The position numbers and the translations under genes were made by a program. The notes beneath the pieces were generated by a model. That model was not told the DNA's origin. It searched no databases and was given only the letters and a program-made list of their open reading frames with translations. Below are positions 18,837-27,959 of a stretch of 64,000 nt of DNA, in pieces (within the stretch, counting starts at the first letter, position 1; every line of letters begins with the position of its first letter). Origin of the DNA: a virus. The stretch lies in IMG/VR virus record IMGVR_UViG_3300044613_003178. The stretch is one strand, 5' to 3'.

Positions 18837-19673
18837 TTAAAAATCCTGTATTACATCCATTAAATTTTTCAATCGCTTTTCAACAAAGTAATCAAATAAC
18901 TTGGATCTATCTCCCTCTGGTGGTTCATTGAACTTTTCCAGAATAGCATTCTCATACTCCATAGGTATATATGTGTGATCCACCAACATTTGATTTCTAT
19001 TAATATTAGTTTGATACTCTTGTGGGACATCACTGAATGTCTTCCACTGTGCAAGTTTCTTTGCAGCAAGTGGCTTCTGACGCTTTCCGTCTACAGCAAA
19101 TGTATCATCTGCTGACAGAATATTTGGAATACCGTCTGTAGCATCGCCCTTGATAATATGTTCAAAAAGATAACGATCTGGTTCTGCACAAGTAACCAGA
19201 CTCTTCTTAATAGGACTATATTGCTTTACATTTGGATAACGGAATAGTTGCTGAAAGTCTTTGTCACTTGATACAATCATGATCTTTTCCTTACCATGAT
19301 AATGCTTTACAAGTGTAGCAATGATGTCATCTGCCTCACACCGTTCTACCTTGAGAGACTTATATGGAAAGTTTTCTTGAACTTCTGTGCGAATGGTATC
19401 AAGGATTTCAAAAATACGATCCCAGTTATAATCATCCACTGCTCGCGTCTTCTTCCTATTAATCTTGTAATTTGGAAAAATATCGCGTCGCCAGTAGTTA
19501 CCTGCATCCTGACAAAGAACCAATTCACCATATTCAGCATGGAACATATTCCGATACATTCTATATGTGGATAGAGTAACATGTCTTGCAAGTTCAAGAG
19601 TTACATCCATCGGTGAATCATACTGTGCGAAAATTGTACCGAGAATAATTTGTGTATTGTCAACTAAAATCAT
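18837..19673 (-). CDS. rnh: RNase H / 5'-3' exonuclease (T4 rnh-like)
   Basis: MILVD, YWRRDIFPNYKINR, CEADDII, SSDKDFQQL, KGDATDGIPNILS. Confidence 0.95.
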   Translation of the reverse strand: MILVDNTQIILGTIFAQYDSPMDVTLELARHVTLSTYRMYRNMFHAEYGELVLCQDAGNYWRRDIFPNYKINRKKTRAVDDYNWDRIFEILDTIRTEVQENFPYKSLKVERCEADDIIATLVKHYHGKEKIMIVSSDKDFQQLFRYPNVKQYSPIKKSLVTCAEPDRYLFEHIIKGDATDGIPNILSADDTFAVDGKRQKPLAAKKLAQWKTFSDVPQEYQTNINRNQMLVDHTYIPMEYENAILEKFNEPPEGDRSKLFDYFVEKRLKNLMDVIQDF

Positions 19674-20410
19674 TTTGCGTTTAGAATATCCTTAAGGTCT
19701 TCAAGTGCTTCGATTACAACCTTGATCTTACGCTTACCAAGGAAAGAGAATCCCTCCTTAAGATCGGGATCTCCCTTATATGCTTGCTTGAGTTCCTTGA
19801 TATGTGGATCAAGTACCTTTGCAAGTTTCTTGTGGTGAACAGACTTAATACCTTGCATACGCAACCATTCAGAATGGTCTATGTTCTTTAGATTACCATC
19901 TTTTTCAGCTGTGTCAAATAAATCATCGACTCTTTGTTCAATTACAGACATATATTCAACAGTTTTCTTTTGAATTCTTTCTTGAACATTCACCTTTTCT
20001 TTATTTGGATCTTCAACCTTTGCTGGTTTATGGATACCTTCGTGAATAATTTGTTCAACATTTTTCTTGATCATATCAACAGTTTCGGGTCGAAGTTTAC
20101 CACCCAAATTCATAATACGACAACGGCTACCGATATAAATGAATTCCATAGCGTTGATATCACAGCACATTGCAGCCTTGATATCTTTCTTGGAATATTC
20201 ATTCTTCATCATCCAATCAATAACCCAAGGTTTGCACATATTGTTATCACAAGAATAACTATACCAATTAATAGCACGAAGAATCTTGGTATCAAGTTCC
20301 TCTGGTGTAAGTTTATCTGCATCCTTCCACACGGGTTCGCTACCCATAATTAGAGAATCTACAGAATCACCACGACCAATACGGCGGGACTTTTTCTTTT
20401 TCTTTTTCAT
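19670..20410 (-). CDS. Conserved hypothetical protein
   Basis: 246 aa; GSEP.W, A.NWY, NVQERI, D.DLKEGFS motifs; coupled to gp46 and rnh. Confidence 0.75.
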   Translation of the reverse strand: MKKKKKKSRRIGRGDSVDSLIMGSEPVWKDADKLTPEELDTKILRAINWYSYSCDNNMCKPWVIDWMMKNEYSKKDIKAAMCCDINAMEFIYIGSRCRIMNLGGKLRPETVDMIKKNVEQIIHEGIHKPAKVEDPNKEKVNVQERIQKKTVEYMSVIEQRVDDLFDTAEKDGNLKNIDHSEWLRMQGIKSVHHKKLAKVLDPHIKELKQAYKGDPDLKEGFSFLGKRKIKVVIEALEDLKDILNAK

Positions 20411-22122
20411 TGATCTATCTTGCTAAAATTGTTTCGTTTGACGAATGTAATATGATCTTGGAACTTATCCTGTAATAGTTCCTTCGACTTATGAGATATT
20501 ACAAAGATGTTAGTACCTTTGTCAAGTCCTTTCAGAATGGAAAGGAAAGATTCAGTAGCCACATCATCTAAACTACCATCTAATACTTCATCAAATATTA
20601 ACAAATTACAATTAAGAGAATTCTTTAATTGTGCAACTGCACGCCATGCAAACAAAAGAGATAAATCAATCTTTCGTTTTTCACCTTCACTGAAACTATC
20701 ATATGTGAAGATGTCACGGTGACGACTCTTGATGGTTTCTTCAAATGAATCATTTAATTCAAATTGAACAAAGAAATCCATTTGTGCAAGATATTTGTTA
20801 ATTATCTTATTCATAATAGGAAGATAATATTTAATAATCTTGCTCTTAATTCCTGTATCCTTCATCAAGAAAGATGCAAGAGAATAGTAATGCATATCAT
20901 CATTTAGTTTCAACTTGTTTTCGACAAGTTCTTTACCTGCTTGACCCATCTCTTTTAATTTTGCTTGCTCTTCATCAATATTCTTTGTGTCAGATTGAAT
21001 ACTATCAATATCAGAACGCAACTTCTTGACATACTTATTTGTCGCATTTACCTGACTATCAATTTCATGAATCATCTTTTGTTCTAGAAGAATCTTGTTA
21101 TTGATTAGATTCTTTTCTACAACTTTTTCACTCAACTTAGTCATTTGCTTTTCTTGTAATTGCAATCCCTTCTCTAGTTCTGACTTCTTTTTGTTTCTTT
21201 CAGTCAAAACCTTTTCCTTGTGCTCACAATCAATCTTCTGTGAGCAAGATGGACAATGATCATTTGTTGAATAAAAAGAAATATCTTTATCTAACTTTCT
21301 CATTTCCATACTAATGGTTCTGCCAAGATCTGTTAATTTTTCAACCTCGGCATCAACATTAATTTGAGAAGACATCTGAATAAGTTCTTCTATTTTCTTT
21401 TTCTTTTCATCAATTTCTTTTTGATGCTCTTCAATTTGCTTATAAGATTCTTGAATTTCTTTCTCATGTCGGTCTATTGTCTCTTTGTTTTTGTTAGCAA
21501 GAGTTTCAATATGACGCTTCTGAGCAATTGTCTTTTCTTTCTGTAACTCGATCTTGTGTTCTAGTTCTGCGATGTCTGTCTTCATTTGAGCCATACGAGA
21601 CTTTAGTAGTGTATTCATCAATGAGAACACATTGATGTCTAGCAAATCTTCTACAATACTTCTACGATCTGCTGCAGGAAGTCTCATAAATGGGACATAG
21701 TTGGTGGAACCAAGAATAACCACCTGACAGAATGACTTATAGTTCATCTTCAGTATGGTTTCTTCCAACATCTTCTGATAGTCTTTGGATTTAGCATCCT
21801 GATCCATCATCTTACCCGACTTGTAGACCTCAAAGATCTTTGGTGCAAGTCCTCTACGGATCTTATATTCTACACCACCAGATACAAACTCAATCTCAAC
21901 CATACAATCCTTCTCATTGATTGAGTTTGCTAATTGTGGAATATTAATATTTCTATAGGGTTTACCAAATAAAACAAATGTAATAGCGTCCAGTAAGGTT
22001 GTCTTACCAGCACCATTTTCACCACTAATTAAAGTGGTTCTAGTTTTATCTAGATTTATCTCTGTAAAATTATTTCCTGTTGAAAGGAAATTCTTCCAGC
22101 GTACTTTTTTAAATATAATCAT
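20407..22122 (-). CDS. gp46: Recombination exonuclease ATPase subunit (gp46, Rad50/SbcC-like)
   Basis: KNFLSTGN, GENGAGKTT, Zn hook CPSC, FSEGEK, IFDEVLDGSLD, VISHK. Confidence 0.97.
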   Translation of the reverse strand: MIIFKKVRWKNFLSTGNNFTEINLDKTRTTLISGENGAGKTTLLDAITFVLFGKPYRNINIPQLANSINEKDCMVEIEFVSGGVEYKIRRGLAPKIFEVYKSGKMMDQDAKSKDYQKMLEETILKMNYKSFCQVVILGSTNYVPFMRLPAADRRSIVEDLLDINVFSLMNTLLKSRMAQMKTDIAELEHKIELQKEKTIAQKRHIETLANKNKETIDRHEKEIQESYKQIEEHQKEIDEKKKKIEELIQMSSQINVDAEVEKLTDLGRTISMEMRKLDKDISFYSTNDHCPSCSQKIDCEHKEKVLTERNKKKSELEKGLQLQEKQMTKLSEKVVEKNLINNKILLEQKMIHEIDSQVNATNKYVKKLRSDIDSIQSDTKNIDEEQAKLKEMGQAGKELVENKLKLNDDMHYYSLASFLMKDTGIKSKIIKYYLPIMNKIINKYLAQMDFFVQFELNDSFEETIKSRHRDIFTYDSFSEGEKRKIDLSLLFAWRAVAQLKNSLNCNLLIFDEVLDGSLDDVATESFLSILKGLDKGTNIFVISHKSKELLQDKFQDHITFVKRNNFSKIDQ

Positions 22123-22138
22123 GACAAATAATTAAATT

Positions 22139-22423
22139 TCACCTTGGAGTTTTCGGGATATTTCTCCTACGACGGAGAGAGATCTTTCTCCTTCTTTGTG
22201 CTCTTACTCTTTTGGTACGAGCCTTCCTTGCTGCTAATCTAGCTCTTCTTTTAAGTTTTGTCAACTGGGAAGATGGTATTCTTCGGCATTGTCTGCCTAC
22301 TTTCTTTTCACCTGGTTTGCAACGAAACAATACTTTTCTTTTGCCCTTGCGTACAACCAATTTACGCTTGGCAATACCTTCGCGCAGGTCATGTAGAGTA
22401 TATGTTTCAGACGGTTGCTCCAT
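22139..22423 (-). CDS. Arg-rich basic protein, putative prohead core protein (gp68-like)
   Basis: C-terminus RRARLAARKARTKRVRAQRRRKISLRRRR resembles the T4 gp68 C-terminus; N-terminal LRE motif; GAGGA SD. Confidence 0.6.
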   Translation of the reverse strand: MEQPSETYTLHDLREGIAKRKLVVRKGKRKVLFRCKPGEKKVGRQCRRIPSSQLTKLKRRARLAARKARTKRVRAQRRRKISLRRRRNIPKTPR

Positions 22424-23006
22424 TTATCGTTTCCTCTTTACTATTTAGTAAAGAATTTTCTTTGAGTCCTTCCAAATACCACTCAGGGGTGTTTCCCAGT
22501 TTCCATTTGGCAAACCTAGATTTTTCAAAAATATAATAATCCCTATATGCTTTAATTGCATCTTGGTGCTTATACTGGTCTGGCATTGCTTGAGCAAATG
22601 GAGTAAGACTATCAATCTTTAAACCAGTAGGTGGGTGTTTAAACAACCACTCTGCCAATTGCGTAGATACATGTGTCTTACCATAACGCTTTGTGTATTG
22701 TTCACATAAAGCAAGGGTGTGCTTGCACAACCAATCATAGTTACGAGTTGATTGTCTAGTCCAAATTGTGCATGGATGATTGATCATTGTAGACTTATAG
22801 ATGTAAGAATCTACTTTAGAATCCTCTAACATGTAATAAGTATAGCGTCTACCGTTCTTGGTCTGCCTTTCCACCTTTTTACCGTCTAATACACGATGAG
22901 CAGTAGAAAGTAATTGACAACTCTCTAGGATCATTTTTACGATGTGTTTGTCACACATGTATTCCGCTGCTGTTGTTGGATTCTTATCCAATACAAATAT
23001 GTTCAT
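22407..23006 (-). CDS. Pyrimidine-dimer DNA glycosylase / endonuclease V (DenV) family protein
   Basis: MNIFVLD...CDKHIVKMILESCQLLSTAHR, NHPCTIW, Y..RYGKTH, AQAMPD, AYRDYY. Confidence 0.82.
   Translation of the reverse strand: MNIFVLDKNPTTAAEYMCDKHIVKMILESCQLLSTAHRVLDGKKVERQTKNGRRYTYYMLEDSKVDSYIYKSTMINHPCTIWTRQSTRNYDWLCKHTLALCEQYTKRYGKTHVSTQLAEWLFKHPPTGLKIDSLTPFAQAMPDQYKHQDAIKAYRDYYIFEKSRFAKWKLGNTPEWYLEGLKENSLLNSKEETINGATV
22442..22449 (-). promoter_or_regulatory. Candidate late promoter ACTAAATA upstream of the gp68-like gene
   Basis: Lies 18 nt upstream of ATG 22423, immediately before the SD, within the DenV-like 3' end. Confidence 0.5.
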
Positions 23007-24043
23007 TGTGAAAGGCTTTCCATGTATAGTTCATGAATGATAGTTTTCAGTTTATTCTTATTTTGAACTTCTTCCATAGCATCAATTTCTGAGTTGATAA
23101 TTGTAAGCGTATCCTTGGTATTGTCAACTGTGTGTTCTGAACTAAGTTCAACATTGTTTTCTTCAATGATGTTTAAACTTGCTACACCATTACCATACAT
23201 CGAATCTAAGAACTTGTCAAATATATAAGGTTTGGTTTTATTTTCTACAATAAGTTTAACAAAAGAATTCTTATACTTTGCAAAGTCTGCCTTCAACATG
23301 TCTCGTTCTGCATCATTATAACGAACAGCATAGAAGATACGATTTGGATTCTCAATAAATTCTAGTTCACGAGTTTCCGTATCAAGAATATGGAATCCCT
23401 TTCTTTCTTTTAAATCAGAGAATGTAATCTGATATGGAGTTCCAAGATATGAAACATTCTTTTCGCTCTGTTTACAATGGAAGTGACCAGAGTAAACAGT
23501 ATCAAATCGTGAAAGAATTGCAGGACTCATACCATCTTCATGCTTTACTCCACGAAGAACTTCGAATCCTGTCAGTTCAAAATGACCCATAATAAAAGGC
23601 GAAGTCGTAGTTTTAATGAATTCCAAAGATGTTTCATAATTTTCCTTATTGATCCAGGGAATAAGAGCAACTGATAGACTGTCGAATTGAACATTCATGG
23701 GTCTATCAATAATGTTGATATTATTGTTTTCAAAAAGTTGATTAAGTGAATTAATTTGATTTGTATTCTTATAATAGGTATCGTGGTTGCCAATTAAACA
23801 CCAAAGTTCAAATTCACCAGAATCAAAATGAGAAATAAATCTCTTTTTCACTTCTGCTAGTGTTTGAAAATTAACAAACTTACGACGATCCATCAGATCG
23901 CCAAGATGTATTACTTGTTTAATATTATGTTCACGAAGATAAGGAAAGAATTGATTCTCAAAGAAATCTAAAAAGTAATTTAAAAACAGTGGAGAATCAT
24001 TCCTTACACCGAAATGTGTATCACACACAATAGCAATTTTCAT
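23003..24043 (-). CDS. gp47: Recombination endonuclease subunit (gp47, Mre11/SbcD-like)
   Basis: DTHFG, HLGDLMDRR, GNHD, GHFE, SGHFH. Confidence 0.96.
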   Translation of the reverse strand: MKIAIVCDTHFGVRNDSPLFLNYFLDFFENQFFPYLREHNIKQVIHLGDLMDRRKFVNFQTLAEVKKRFISHFDSGEFELWCLIGNHDTYYKNTNQINSLNQLFENNNINIIDRPMNVQFDSLSVALIPWINKENYETSLEFIKTTTSPFIMGHFELTGFEVLRGVKHEDGMSPAILSRFDTVYSGHFHCKQSEKNVSYLGTPYQITFSDLKERKGFHILDTETRELEFIENPNRIFYAVRYNDAERDMLKADFAKYKNSFVKLIVENKTKPYIFDKFLDSMYGNGVASLNIIEENNVELSSEHTVDNTKDTLTIINSEIDAMEEVQNKNKLKTIIHELYMESLSQ

Positions 24044-24685
24044 TTAGTCCTCCATAAAGGATTCTAATGTTTTCTTTTTCTTCTTACGCTTCTTACGCTT
24101 CTTATCATTTTTTTCTTCGTCTTGTTTTTTATATACTTCTTGCTCTTCTTCTGTTATACCCATAGCCTTCAGATATTGACTAAAATCGCCATCATGATCC
24201 ATTGACTCTAGGAATTTATATTTGATATAGTTTTGCTTCTTTTCTTTTTGTATGCGACGAAGAAATGCATAATAAATGATTTGAGTAAAATATGAAAATG
24301 GATTGTTTGATTTATCTGGATCAAAATTTTCACAATACATCAAACAGTTTTCTATACCATCACCAACCATTTCATCCTTAAATGGATAGTTCATAAAATT
24401 GGGTTTTTTGGATAAGTTTTCTGCTATCTCTAAAAAGCAATGTCCAATATATTCGGTGACTGGTGGAATGGGATCTCCAGTTTCTTTTGCTTCTTTTACT
24501 TGCTTTTTCCACTCTACCATTTCACTGAAAAATTTCTTATTATCAATGTAATGTGCTTTTACTTTTTTGGTTTTTTCTGGTTTTTCTTCTACTACTAAGA
24601 AACCTTTTATATCATCGACTATATCATCTGTCAATTTCACTTCTACTTTAGATTTCTTTTTCTTTGTCTTCTTTTTCTTTTTCAT
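24044..24685 (-). CDS. gp55: Late-transcription sigma factor (gp55-like)
   Basis: HYIDNKKF, YIGHCFL.IAE.LS.KPNF.NY, DGIENCL.Y, NPFSYFTQIIYYAFLRRIQKEKKQ; C-terminal TLESFM. Confidence 0.96.
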   Translation of the reverse strand: MKKKKKTKKKKSKVEVKLTDDIVDDIKGFLVVEEKPEKTKKVKAHYIDNKKFFSEMVEWKKQVKEAKETGDPIPPVTEYIGHCFLEIAENLSKKPNFMNYPFKDEMVGDGIENCLMYCENFDPDKSNNPFSYFTQIIYYAFLRRIQKEKKQNYIKYKFLESMDHDGDFSQYLKAMGITEEEQEVYKKQDEEKNDKKRKKRKKKKKTLESFMED

Positions 24686-24706
24686 ATTTTACTCCATTAC
24701 AAAAGG

Positions 24707-24734
24707 ATCATACACCATCTGGAAAGAATTTCAA
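24707..24734 (-). promoter_or_regulatory. Sigma70-type promoter for the gp55-gp47 operon
   Basis: TTGAAA-N16-TATGAT upstream of the gp55 GGAG SD. Confidence 0.65.
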
Positions 24735-24744
24735 GGAAAATCTA

Positions 24745-24772
24745 TTGACATTTCCTTTTCGCTCGTTACACT
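24745..24772 (+). promoter_or_regulatory. Divergent, antisense sigma70-type promoter
   Basis: TTGACA-N16-TACACT on the + strand; same 16-nt spacer as the other promoters; -35 flanked by the inverted repeat AAGGAAA/TTTCCTT. Confidence 0.55.
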
Positions 24773-24803
24773 TAGTGTGTCACGGTTCACCTAATGATCT
24801 ATT

Positions 24804-25460
24804 CTAGATATAGTCTTTAGGATCAGGACTCCAATCAGACCAATCATTACCGAAGTCATTGGAATCCTTTTTATTTTTCTTTTGATGGGGTTTATTAGAA
24901 GAAGGATCTACCTTCTTCTTTTTCTTTGCCTTCTTACGGGGCTTAACCTCTGGGAAAAGATCTTCATCCTCAAAATCTTCTTCATCTATATTTTCCCATG
25001 CTTTTGCCTCTGCCATCATATCGATTATTTCTTCTGCCATATCTGGCGGAACACTAAATGTTACATTAACATTTTCTGGTGGTACATTTGAATTTTGTGT
25101 TGTAGGAGTACCCATAATCTCTTCAGTCATATCTTGAAGATTTTGTGCTTGTTGGCTTATAGCAGGATTGTCTTCTTTTTCTTTTTCTAAATCATAGCAT
25201 GAAGAAATTTTTGAATCAGGCATTGAAATAGCAATAATACCATCTGCTGCTATTTCTGTAATTCTGTCTATTGTATAATCAATCCAAGGTTTAAACACTA
25301 CCATTTCAGTGTTAGTCATATTGTTCTGATTCACAAGAACCACAGTTTTAAACTGCATTGGTCTTTCAACAACTAAAGTCTTTTTTCTTATTTCAAGAAC
25401 TTTTGATATTAAAATATCACCATTCTTGAGTTTAATTAGTCTGTATCCGTTGTCTTGCAT
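24804..25460 (-). CDS. Hypothetical protein with Sm-like N-terminal domain
   Basis: RLIKLKNGDILIS...ERPM...FKPW, typical of the gene between uvsW and gp55 in T4-like phages; low-complexity charged C-terminus. Confidence 0.75.
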   Translation of the reverse strand: MQDNGYRLIKLKNGDILISKVLEIRKKTLVVERPMQFKTVVLVNQNNMTNTEMVVFKPWIDYTIDRITEIAADGIIAISMPDSKISSCYDLEKEKEDNPAISQQAQNLQDMTEEIMGTPTTQNSNVPPENVNVTFSVPPDMAEEIIDMMAEAKAWENIDEEDFEDEDLFPEVKPRKKAKKKKKVDPSSNKPHQKKNKKDSNDFGNDWSDWSPDPKDYI

Positions 25461-26953
25461 GTGCTCTCCAATTTGATACTTAACTTCTTGTGCGAGAACT
25501 TCTCGGATTCATAAATTTTTAATCGCTCATTGTAATGACGAAGAGTGTGATTTTGATAAGACTTCCAATGTAAGTCGTCTGCAATATCGAAGAGTCTAGC
25601 CTTATCTTTGTGTTCAGATTTTCTTAACTGTCTACCAATACTTTGTAAGACCCGTATTCTGCTCTTCGATGGAGAGGAGAATACAATATTATGTAGTCTT
25701 CGGATTGAGATGCCTGTAGAGAAGGTTCCGTATGAAGCAATGATGATTGCGTTGTCTTGTTTTTCACATAACTTACGAACTTGTTCACGCATCTCAACAT
25801 CAGTGCCACCATAGACAAAGAAAACTTTCTTGTCCTTAGTATTTAGTTTCTCTATAAGTTGATGAAGCACCATACCATGCTTCTCAACAAATTGGAATAA
25901 AACAAGTGTATTACCTTTTAAGTTCAAAGCAAGATTTGAAATAAATTCGTTTCTTGCTTGATTTGAAATAATCCAATCTATTTCTTCTTTATAAGTTAAT
26001 TTTTTAATTGCTCTTCGTACTTCTTCTGGATATTGAAGAACTAAACAATCAATTGATAGTTCAGAAAGAATATCTTTATCCATCAATTCTTTTGTAGATG
26101 TAACTTTCTTTACTCTACCGAACAATCCTTCAATTACCAATTTATGTGTCATACTACCATCAAGAGTACCAGTTGTACCAATACGCCAATCGCATGTTGT
26201 TAATTTTGACATAATAGTGCTCAAAGATTTGGATTTGAATAAGTGACATTCATCTCCAATCACTGCTTCAAATTGATCAAAGTATTTCTTTGGCATTTTG
26301 TAAATACTCTGCCAAGTTGAAATAATAATTCTTTTATCGGAATCCTTATCCTGACCACCGTGAATTTTATGACAATGTTCTCTAGTCTTCCAACCAGTCT
26401 TGGATGAATATTCAAAAAAGTCTGAATACATCTGGGTGACTAGGGATATGGTTGGGACGATTATTAGTATTTTTTTATCTTCTGGTAGTAGATTTAACAA
26501 ATAACGACATAGGACATATATGATTAGACTCTTACCTGACCCTGTGGGAGACAATAGAAGGCTCCTACGCTCGTTTAAAGCGTGTAGGATCGCTTCTAAC
26601 TGGTGCTGGTGGGGTTCTAGACGCTTTCCTGCAGCGTGGGGGTTCAGAGTCTTAATATACTCTATAACCTGTTCAAGAGTGACTCTATCTTTATTTTTTG
26701 TAATTCGGTTCTCAACCGAATATGACCTATCCTTGGCAAACTGGATAACATAGTCTTCAAGTCCTGCGTAGATAGTTTGTCCGTAGATGTTATACAACTT
26801 GATCTGTCCGTCCCACAGTTTATTTCTGTAGGCAGGCATGAACTTATGTCCTGGGACTTTGAAGGTAAAGTAGTCAGATAACTCCTTTGCAAAACTTCTA
26901 TCACAGTCCACCTTTATATAAACAGAGTCTAACGGTTCAATCACTAAATCCAT
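25436..26953 (-). CDS. uvsW: SF2 helicase UvsW
   Basis: WDGQIKL, SPTGSGKS, STWQS, GDECH, GTTGT, QSIGR.LR; ATG start at 26953. Confidence 0.96.
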   Translation of the reverse strand: MDLVIEPLDSVYIKVDCDRSFAKELSDYFTFKVPGHKFMPAYRNKLWDGQIKLYNIYGQTIYAGLEDYVIQFAKDRSYSVENRITKNKDRVTLEQVIEYIKTLNPHAAGKRLEPHQHQLEAILHALNERRSLLLSPTGSGKSLIIYVLCRYLLNLLPEDKKILIIVPTISLVTQMYSDFFEYSSKTGWKTREHCHKIHGGQDKDSDKRIIISTWQSIYKMPKKYFDQFEAVIGDECHLFKSKSLSTIMSKLTTCDWRIGTTGTLDGSMTHKLVIEGLFGRVKKVTSTKELMDKDILSELSIDCLVLQYPEEVRRAIKKLTYKEEIDWIISNQARNEFISNLALNLKGNTLVLFQFVEKHGMVLHQLIEKLNTKDKKVFFVYGGTDVEMREQVRKLCEKQDNAIIIASYGTFSTGISIRRLHNIVFSSPSKSRIRVLQSIGRQLRKSEHKDKARLFDIADDLHWKSYQNHTLRHYNERLKIYESEKFSHKKLSIKLESTCKTTDTD

Positions 26954-26960
26954 ATACAAG

Positions 26961-26968
26961 TATTTATC
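26961..26968 (-). promoter_or_regulatory. Late promoter GATAAATA upstream of uvsW
   Basis: ATAAATACTTGTAT is identical to the gp3 promoter region; T4 uvsW is a late gene. Confidence 0.7.
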
Positions 26969-27404
26969 ATATACTTCCGTTGAGGAACTTGCGCCAAGAG
27001 ATAGCGTCGCGTATATGAAACTGTCGATTCATGATTCCTTTGAGGACAGAACTCAAATAATCTACCTTTTCTTCTTGAATTGACATCTTATTCTTTAATT
27101 CAATTAGATCTTTATCAGCATCTAGATAGATGTCTACATCCTGACGAAGAATCTTTAGATCAAATGGTTCCCATCCAAGTTCTTTTAATTGATCCTCGCT
27201 GAGTTTACCACAATAGTATTCCCATTTGAGTTTGAACATCTTGGAATAATTTGTTTTATATCCCTGATATCGCAACTTCTCTTCATGATAAAAATTGAGA
27301 TACTTGTTATGTAACTGGGGAATACGCAGAGACTCCTTATCGAGTTCTGTATCGTCAAACTTCATGTCTTGTTTTGCTTGTTCGATTAGTTCATTTAAAG
27401 TCAT
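26967..27404 (-). CDS. uvsY: Recombination mediator UvsY
   Basis: D.K.DDTELDKESLRIPQLHNKY, KWEYY.GK, PFDLKIL, R.F.I..AI.WRKF..G. Confidence 0.94.
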   Translation of the reverse strand: MTLNELIEQAKQDMKFDDTELDKESLRIPQLHNKYLNFYHEEKLRYQGYKTNYSKMFKLKWEYYCGKLSEDQLKELGWEPFDLKILRQDVDIYLDADKDLIELKNKMSIQEEKVDYLSSVLKGIMNRQFHIRDAISWRKFLNGSI

Positions 27405-27410
27405 GATGTA

Positions 27411-27438
27411 ATTATATCACGGATTATGAAGTAGTCAA
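27411..27438 (-). promoter_or_regulatory. Sigma70-type promoter for uvsY, probably leaderless
   Basis: TTGACT-N16-TATAAT with extended -10 TGA, then 6 nt (TACATC) and the ATG; no SD. Confidence 0.8.
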
Positions 27439-27954
27439 CTTCTCAATATAATAACCAGTATACGCAAATGATGCCTGACATTTTAAAGGTGAAACATCAC
27501 TTACATCTGTTTCAAATTGTACTGATCCGATATTTGTAGGAAAACAATTTCTAAAATTAACAGTTAAAAATGGTTTTGAATTACTATTTAAAACCAATAA
27601 TGTTGCATCTGAAAAATTATCTTCATACTTTTGATAATTATTTGCAAAATTTATTGTTGGTGGAAGTTTAATTAACCAATCATGTATTTGCTTCCAGTTT
27701 TCCATATCTTCTGCAAGAATAAATGACATGTCAAAATTGTCATAAGTTAATCCACCCATAGGTCTACGAACAGGTGTAGCAAATGGTGTTGGTTGTGTAT
27801 ATTCATTTATTGATATTCCGGGAAGATTTACAGATTGACAAAAATAAACTACATGAGGTATTTTATGAAATACAACACGAAATTTATTTGCTGCTAATGA
27901 GTTAAGAGTTTGTGGTTCTCTTGCTGTTAATGTTTGTAATACTGGATTTTCCAT
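27424..27954 (-). CDS. gp3: Tail tube terminator / tail completion protein (gp3-like)
   Basis: YFCQSVNLPGI, F...EDMENW..IH.W, SDATL..LNSN, FPT..G...F; located after gp23. Confidence 0.9.
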   Translation of the reverse strand: MENPVLQTLTAREPQTLNSLAANKFRVVFHKIPHVVYFCQSVNLPGISINEYTQPTPFATPVRRPMGGLTYDNFDMSFILAEDMENWKQIHDWLIKLPPTINFANNYQKYEDNFSDATLLVLNSNSKPFLTVNFRNCFPTNIGSVQFETDVSDVSPLKCQASFAYTGYYIEKLTTS

Positions 27955-27959
27955 ACAAG

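Noticed and set aside
24044-24685. Lys tracts as eukaryotic nuclear localisation signals
   Set aside because: SD sequences, sigma70 promoters and the T4-type gene set indicate a bacterial host.
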